The notes under the pieces: generated by a model
Told to the model about the DNA's origin: nothing
The model's input: the letters and a program-made list of their open reading frames with translations, nothing else
The model's database searches: none
Shown here: in pieces, positions 60,347-64,000 of the stretch
How the letters are laid out: every line of letters begins with the position of its first letter
How positions within the stretch are numbered: position 1 is the first letter of the stretch
Made by a program: the position numbers and the translations under genes
Source: an uncultured Chitinophagaceae bacterium
Lineage (GTDB): Bacteria > Bacteroidota > Bacteroidia > Chitinophagales > Chitinophagaceae
DNA length: 64,000 nt
NCBI GenBank assembly: GCA_963785915.1
Contig: CAWAWY010000005.1
Span: 24,301-88,300, forward strand
Reading direction: 5' to 3'

Positions 60347-60561
60347 CCGTCGCTATTATTTTTCTTATTAAATAGATCCATGGCAATCGGGATCGTGCTA
60401 AGGATCCCTAATACCAATAGCGGTATGCCGATTGCTTTACGGCGCTTAGCCGATAATTTATTTGCCAGCAACAAGCCTGCGCCGACACCGATCGCTGCCC
60501 GGGTCCCTGCTATGAATGCGATCTCAGATACTGAAACATTTTCTAATTCTTTTCCTTCCAT
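60343..60561 (-). CDS. small two-TM membrane protein
   Basis: 72 aa. Its stop overlaps the start of the hypC-like gene. No family recognised. Confidence 0.4.
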   Translation of the reverse strand: MEGKELENVSVSEIAFIAGTRAAIGVGAGLLLANKLSAKRRKAIGIPLLVLGILSTIPIAMDLFNKKNNSDG

Positions 60562-60612
60562 AGCGATTCGTTTTATTGATTTATAATCTCATGTACTTTT
60601 TTCACAACTCAG

Positions 60613-62943
60613 TCAAACAACATCTCCGGTTATATAATATCCACTTTTCTTTAACGCATCTTCTCCAGGTTCCCCTTCGGGGGACTTGGGTGGCCTTGCT
60701 GCCATAATCTGTCCTACTGAAATGCCGCCATCATTCGGTGGAATGCGTTGATGCCAGTAAGGCTGAAAACCTTCTTCCGTTAATCGCATCACCGTCCTTT
60801 CCGTTAAATATTTATTCTGGAAACATCCGCCTGTCAATACAATCCTCTGTTCTTTTATTTTATGAGCTATCCTCACGATCATTTCAACAAGCGTATTATG
60901 AAACTTTGCAGCGATGGCTCCTTTATCAGCTTCAGTATTCATATCACTGATAATGTCCATGATCATCGGTTGCCAGTCAATAACACTTTCTTTACTGTCG
61001 TCTTTTTCGAAAGGATAATATCCCTGTTCACTTTTATCAATTAAAAACTCCAACTCTATTGCTGCCTGTCCCTCAAAATTTATTTCTTGTCTTGAGCCAA
61101 TGATAGAAGCCACTGCGTCAAACAATCTGCCGGCGCTACAAGTAACCGGTGAGTTTATTTTTTTCTTCAGCATTTGCTGAATGACCTGCAAATCTTTTTC
61201 AGAAAAACTTTGCACAGGAATTAAATCCGTTCTGTCAAAAACGTTTTCACCAAACATTTCATACAATAGTCCCACTGCCGTTCTGCGTGGTTGCTTTACG
61301 GCCGCTTCGCCACCTGGCAGATAAAAATTCCTGAAATGAGCAACACGTTCAAATCCGCTTTCACTGGTCAATAAAAATTCACTTCCCCAGATTGTGCCAT
61401 CAGTTCCTGATCCCGTTCCATCCCACGATACTCCTAAAACATTTCCTTCGATCTCATTATCTGCCATGCAGGATAACACATGCGCATAATGATGCTGAAT
61501 AGTAATTACATCATCATTTATTTCTTTTGCATATTTTGAAGAAAGATATTCGGGATGCAGGTCGCTGATCACTTTTGACGGTTCCACTTCATACAGTTCT
61601 TTAAAATCGCCGATCACTTTTTGAAATGCAGCAAAAGCAGGTTCAGTTTCCAGATCGCCGATATGCTGACTAATAAAAATTTCTTCCCCAGTGCTGATTG
61701 CAATGGTATTTTTCAAATGTGCTCCGACTGCAAGCATCGGCGGCAAGTTCCGGTTTAAATGAATGGGCAGCGGTGCATATCCTCTTGCTTTTCGTAGCAC
61801 CTGTTCTCTTCCTGCAACTACTCTTACAACCGAATCATCCACTTGTCTTACTATAGCGCGGTCATGCACGAGGAAAAGATCAGCAATTCCTTTCAATCGT
61901 TCCAGCGCTTCATATTCATCTATGCAGATCGGTTCATCATTCAGATTGCCGCTTGTTGCCACGATAGGAAATCCCAGCTCATACATTAATAAGTGATGAA
62001 GAGGAGTACAAGGTAACATAGCGCCGAGATATGGATTACCCGGGGCAATATTTTCAGCAATGAGATCCTTCCGGTTATCTTTTCTTTCGAGTAAAACAAT
62101 TGGTGAAGCAACAGATAATAACAATCTTTCTTCCAGCACCGAAACATGACAATCCTGTTTTATTGTCTCCAGTGACGGATACATTAATGCAAAAGGCTTC
62201 TCATTGCGATGCTTTCTCTTCCTCAGTTCTTCAACGGCTGCTTTATTTCTTGCATCGGTCATCAACTGAAAACCGCCGATACCTTTAAAAGCGATGATCT
62301 TTCCTTCACGCACCATTTCAGCAGCTTTTATCAAGGCATCATTGTTTTCTGCAATGATCTTACCGGCGCTGTCCCATAATTCAATGGATGGGCCACAGAC
62401 AGGACAAGCATTGGGCTGCGCATGAAATCTACGGTTATTCGGATCGTCATATTCCTTCTGGCATTCAGAACACATCGCAAAAACTTTCATGGAAGTGTTA
62501 TCCCGATCGTAAGGAATAGTATTTATGATCGAAAATCGTGGTCCGCAATTGGTGCAATTAATAAAAGGATAACGATAGCGCCTGTTTTCAGGATCAAACA
62601 ATTCCTGCAGGCAGTCTTTACAGATTGCAATGTCAGGCAAAACCGTCGTACTTATCTTTCCCCTCTGCTCACTATTAATGATGGAAAAATCTTCGTAACC
62701 TGCCGGATCGTGTACGCTATATTCAAGATTATAAATAGAAGCAATTGCCGGCTTTTCTTTTTGTAAACGCAATAAAAAGACATTAAGCGACTCATGATCA
62801 CCTTCTGCCTCAAGTGAAATGCCATCCGGGGAATTTTGAATAAAACCAGTTACCGCCAGTTCCTTTGCCAAACGATAGACAAAGGGACGAAAGCCCACAC
62901 CCTGCACGGCGCCCATTATATTTATTTTATAACATAATTGCAT
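60613..62943 (-). CDS. hypF: carbamoyltransferase HypF
   Basis: 776 aa with an acylphosphatase-like N-terminus (VQGVGFRPFVY), two CxxC zinc-finger pairs, and YrdC-like and Kae1-like domains. Confidence 0.9.
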   Translation of the reverse strand: MQLCYKINIMGAVQGVGFRPFVYRLAKELAVTGFIQNSPDGISLEAEGDHESLNVFLLRLQKEKPAIASIYNLEYSVHDPAGYEDFSIINSEQRGKISTTVLPDIAICKDCLQELFDPENRRYRYPFINCTNCGPRFSIINTIPYDRDNTSMKVFAMCSECQKEYDDPNNRRFHAQPNACPVCGPSIELWDSAGKIIAENNDALIKAAEMVREGKIIAFKGIGGFQLMTDARNKAAVEELRKRKHRNEKPFALMYPSLETIKQDCHVSVLEERLLLSVASPIVLLERKDNRKDLIAENIAPGNPYLGAMLPCTPLHHLLMYELGFPIVATSGNLNDEPICIDEYEALERLKGIADLFLVHDRAIVRQVDDSVVRVVAGREQVLRKARGYAPLPIHLNRNLPPMLAVGAHLKNTIAISTGEEIFISQHIGDLETEPAFAAFQKVIGDFKELYEVEPSKVISDLHPEYLSSKYAKEINDDVITIQHHYAHVLSCMADNEIEGNVLGVSWDGTGSGTDGTIWGSEFLLTSESGFERVAHFRNFYLPGGEAAVKQPRRTAVGLLYEMFGENVFDRTDLIPVQSFSEKDLQVIQQMLKKKINSPVTCSAGRLFDAVASIIGSRQEINFEGQAAIELEFLIDKSEQGYYPFEKDDSKESVIDWQPMIMDIISDMNTEADKGAIAAKFHNTLVEMIVRIAHKIKEQRIVLTGGCFQNKYLTERTVMRLTEEGFQPYWHQRIPPNDGGISVGQIMAARPPKSPEGEPGEDALKKSGYYITGDVV

Positions 62944-64000
62944 GAGTGCTCAACTGATTTTTTTCCTTAATGGTAGTATTGCTGTAATTTTTTAATTTCA
63001 ATGAATCCAGTAAAAATCTTTTCGCAAACCATTTGGAAATAAGTGGCAGAAACATAAGGTTGCTGATCTTATCTCTCATCCATATACCAAATTTTGTTTT
63101 GGGAACAAATGAGGAGGCAAACTTCGTTGCCATCTTCTGCTTTCTCCTTATCTCTGGTATCATGATGTCCTGGTAATTCGTAAATGCTTTTTCAAAATCA
63201 CCATCTGCTGATCTTAATTCCCCGGCTAATACATAAGCTCCGGCCATTGCCAGCGCTGATCCCTGTCCTGCTACCAGTGAAACACATTGGCACGCATCAC
63301 CGGCCAATGTCACTCTTCCTTTGCTCCATTGATCCAATTCGATCTGGCTAACGGAATCAAAATAAAAATCAGGTGCCTCATTCATGCGGGATATTAACTC
63401 GTCGCATCTCCACCCTGCATCGGCAAATTGTTCTTCCAGAATTTTTTTCTGCTGTTGTATATCATGATAATCGTATTCCAATTTTTTTTCCTGCTGAAAA
63501 ACAAAAAACGTAGAAAGCCTGTTGTGCCCAACGCTGTAAATTCCCGCTTGCTTTCCGGGAACAGAATAACTGATGAAGGCCTGGTCATCATTAAGAAAAT
63601 TATTGATAGTAAATGAAGCCGTATAATAATGCAGATATTTTTCATACTGCTCTTCATCGCCGAACGTGAGTTTTCGCAATTCTGAGTGTACACCGTCGGC
63701 ACCGACCACAAGGTTATATTGACTTCGATGACCGTTCTCAAACCATGCCTGGACACCGTCCTCATTCTGTTCTATTTTTTTTACCGCTGTTCCCCAAATA
63801 AATTTGACATCATTTTTTATTTCATCATATAAAACCTCAGCAAGATCGCTACGGAGAAAATTGAAATGCCGGTAATTCACCGATTTTCTCATTTTCTCAA
63901 TATTGAAATGGCCGGTTGTCTTTCCCGTTTCATTTACAAATTTTAATTTGGGAATGGCATAGTGTCTTTTCCCAAGTTGTGATCGCAAGCCCATTTTTTC
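62927..64000 (-). CDS. FAD-dependent monooxygenase (N-terminus beyond window end)
   Basis: Contains LVVGADGVHS and GRVTLAGDACQ motifs. The GxGxxG N-terminus is missing and the frame is open to position 64000. Confidence 0.7.
   Translation of the reverse strand, partial: EKMGLRSQLGKRHYAIPKLKFVNETGKTTGHFNIEKMRKSVNYRHFNFLRSDLAEVLYDEIKNDVKFIWGTAVKKIEQNEDGVQAWFENGHRSQYNLVVGADGVHSELRKLTFGDEEQYEKYLHYYTASFTINNFLNDDQAFISYSVPGKQAGIYSVGHNRLSTFFVFQQEKKLEYDYHDIQQQKKILEEQFADAGWRCDELISRMNEAPDFYFDSVSQIELDQWSKGRVTLAGDACQCVSLVAGQGSALAMAGAYVLAGELRSADGDFEKAFTNYQDIMIPEIRRKQKMATKFASSFVPKTKFGIWMRDKISNLMFLPLISKWFAKRFLLDSLKLKNYSNTTIKEKNQLSTHAIML

Noticed and set aside
1-64000. CRISPR arrays, rRNA genes, IS elements, prophage or defence-system genes.
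   Set aside because: I saw no regularly spaced direct repeats and no transposase, integrase, restriction, toxin or phage-like translations in any frame of the ORF track.

Overview
This 64-kb window looks like a chromosomal segment of a Bacteroidota genome, probably Chitinophagaceae or Sphingobacteriia-like. It is moderately AT-rich and tightly packed.

The left two thirds (1-46 kb) are mostly core genes:
- rsgA and a MoxR/DUF58/VWA (Bat-type) operon
- nadE, nadC, icd, gpmI, uvrC, hemD, hemW and gpsA
- gldB and the T9SS/gliding core gldK-L-M-N
- a TolC plus adaptor pair
- two TonB-dependent receptors, one behind a cobalamin riboswitch
- one tRNA-Arg(CCG)

The right third (46.5-64 kb) looks accessory and holds two minus-strand units:
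- A roughly 9-kb cluster headed by an ECF sigma factor and a short HxxxCxxC anti-sigma. It is built around an ArsS-type radical SAM enzyme with a purine nucleoside phosphorylase, a DUF2064-type transferase, two GT2 glycosyltransferases, DUF1772, an AhpD-like protein, a disulfide oxidoreductase and a fatty-acid hydroxylase.
- A hydrogenase-maturation operon: hypF, small membrane protein, Cys-less hypC-like, hypC, hypD, SIS, hypE, DUF2892, FNT channel. No hydrogenase structural genes, hypA or hypB are in view.

I saw no CRISPR array, transposase, integrase or phage genes.

Many genes are interrupted by single-base indels. These are sparse across the window (ECF sigma, its partner, uvrC, gldM, a YyaL-like gene, an APC permease). 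They are extremely dense at 50.1-53.4 kb, inside the ArsS cluster. The interrupted peptides still look conserved. I cannot tell sequence error from real decay using sequence alone.

All family calls come from motif recognition in translated ORFs. No database search was run, and start codons are best guesses.
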